From Blastocladiella emersonii ATCC 22665 (lineage: Eukaryota; Fungi; Blastocladiomycota), in NCBI GenBank assembly GCA_025594325.1, contig JANHCV010000012.1, positions 248,001 to 312,000 on the forward strand: DNA of 64,000 bases, written 5' to 3'. Each line of letters opens with the position of its first letter. Positions within the stretch are counted from its first letter, which is position 1. Position numbers and translations under genes: made by a program. This document shows, one piece after another, positions 63,561-64,000 of the stretch. The notes under the pieces are model-generated. The model saw only the letters and a list, made by a program, of their open reading frames with translations, did no database searches and was not told the origin of the DNA.

Positions 63561-64000
63561 TTACGCTTGCGCGTGGGAGCCAGAATCAGATTTGCCTCGT
63601 CCGCGGCCACCGCGGCGACGGCGCCGAGGCAGCTTCTCTTCCTGCGGATTCTGGGGCACCTGTTGCAGTGGCTGCCTGTTCTGGGCAACCGCCGCGGGCA
63701 GCGCGTTGACCTTTGCGATCCAAGCCTGCCGCTTGTGCCACTCGTTGATGCGGTTGCAAAGCTCCTCTAAATCGTCGTATTCATAAAACTTGAAGTACGT
63801 GACGTTGCTGCTCCGAGGTACTCCGTGAGAATAGAAAGGAAGGGCGATTTCCTCGCCGTCGGTGCTGAAGTACCCGCTGCATCGGCGCACGAGTTGCTGA
63901 TTGCCCGTCTTCCCAACGGCGACTTGCTTCCACAAGTACTTGGGCTGCATGAAGTGGAAGAGGACTGAGAGCCGGTGGTCCCATGCCGCGAGACCATTTA
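63561..64000 (-). CDS. Partial hypothetical protein entering from the right edge
   Basis: Frame is open from the window end (NGLAAWDHRLSVLFHFMQPKYLWKQ...); no family recognised. Confidence 0.35.
   Translation of the reverse strand, partial: NGLAAWDHRLSVLFHFMQPKYLWKQVAVGKTGNQQLVRRCSGYFSTDGEEIALPFYSHGVPRSSNVTYFKFYEYDDLEELCNRINEWHKRQAWIAKVNALPAAVAQNRQPLQQVPQNPQEEKLPRRRRRGGRGRGKSDSGSHAQA

Overview
GC-rich, intron-containing eukaryotic DNA. The fungal-type PP1 and the short GTACG...CTAAC...YAG introns suggest a fungus, possibly a zoosporic lineage (inference only). Host genes include a HELLS/DDM1-like remodeler, an SDS22-type LRR protein, APRT, XPD/RAD3, a class I HDAC, PP1, a Cdh1/fizzy WD40 protein and a chromodomain protein. 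The main feature is a ~13.5-kb endogenous Polinton-like virus (PLV) at ~5167-18645. It encodes major and minor capsid proteins, an A32-like packaging ATPase, a repeat-rich fibre protein, an rve integrase and also a tyrosine recombinase, but no recognisable polymerase, primase, helicase or protease. Both ends carry the same perfect 26-bp palindrome (TGCCGTATCCCTATAGGGATACGGCA) as the tip of imperfect terminal inverted repeats, with no visible target-site duplication. Most viral genes are preceded by a pyrimidine-tract/YAG/TAA(A)..ATG cassette resembling a splice acceptor, and three in-frame stops interrupt the MCP and one long ORF. The rest of the window holds two tandem, partly decaying multigene families (F-box-like/ankyrin-like/RNI-LRR, and an unknown ~750-aa family) and a 5'-truncated second HELLS copy next to the virus. 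All family assignments come from motif recognition by eye; no database searches were run.
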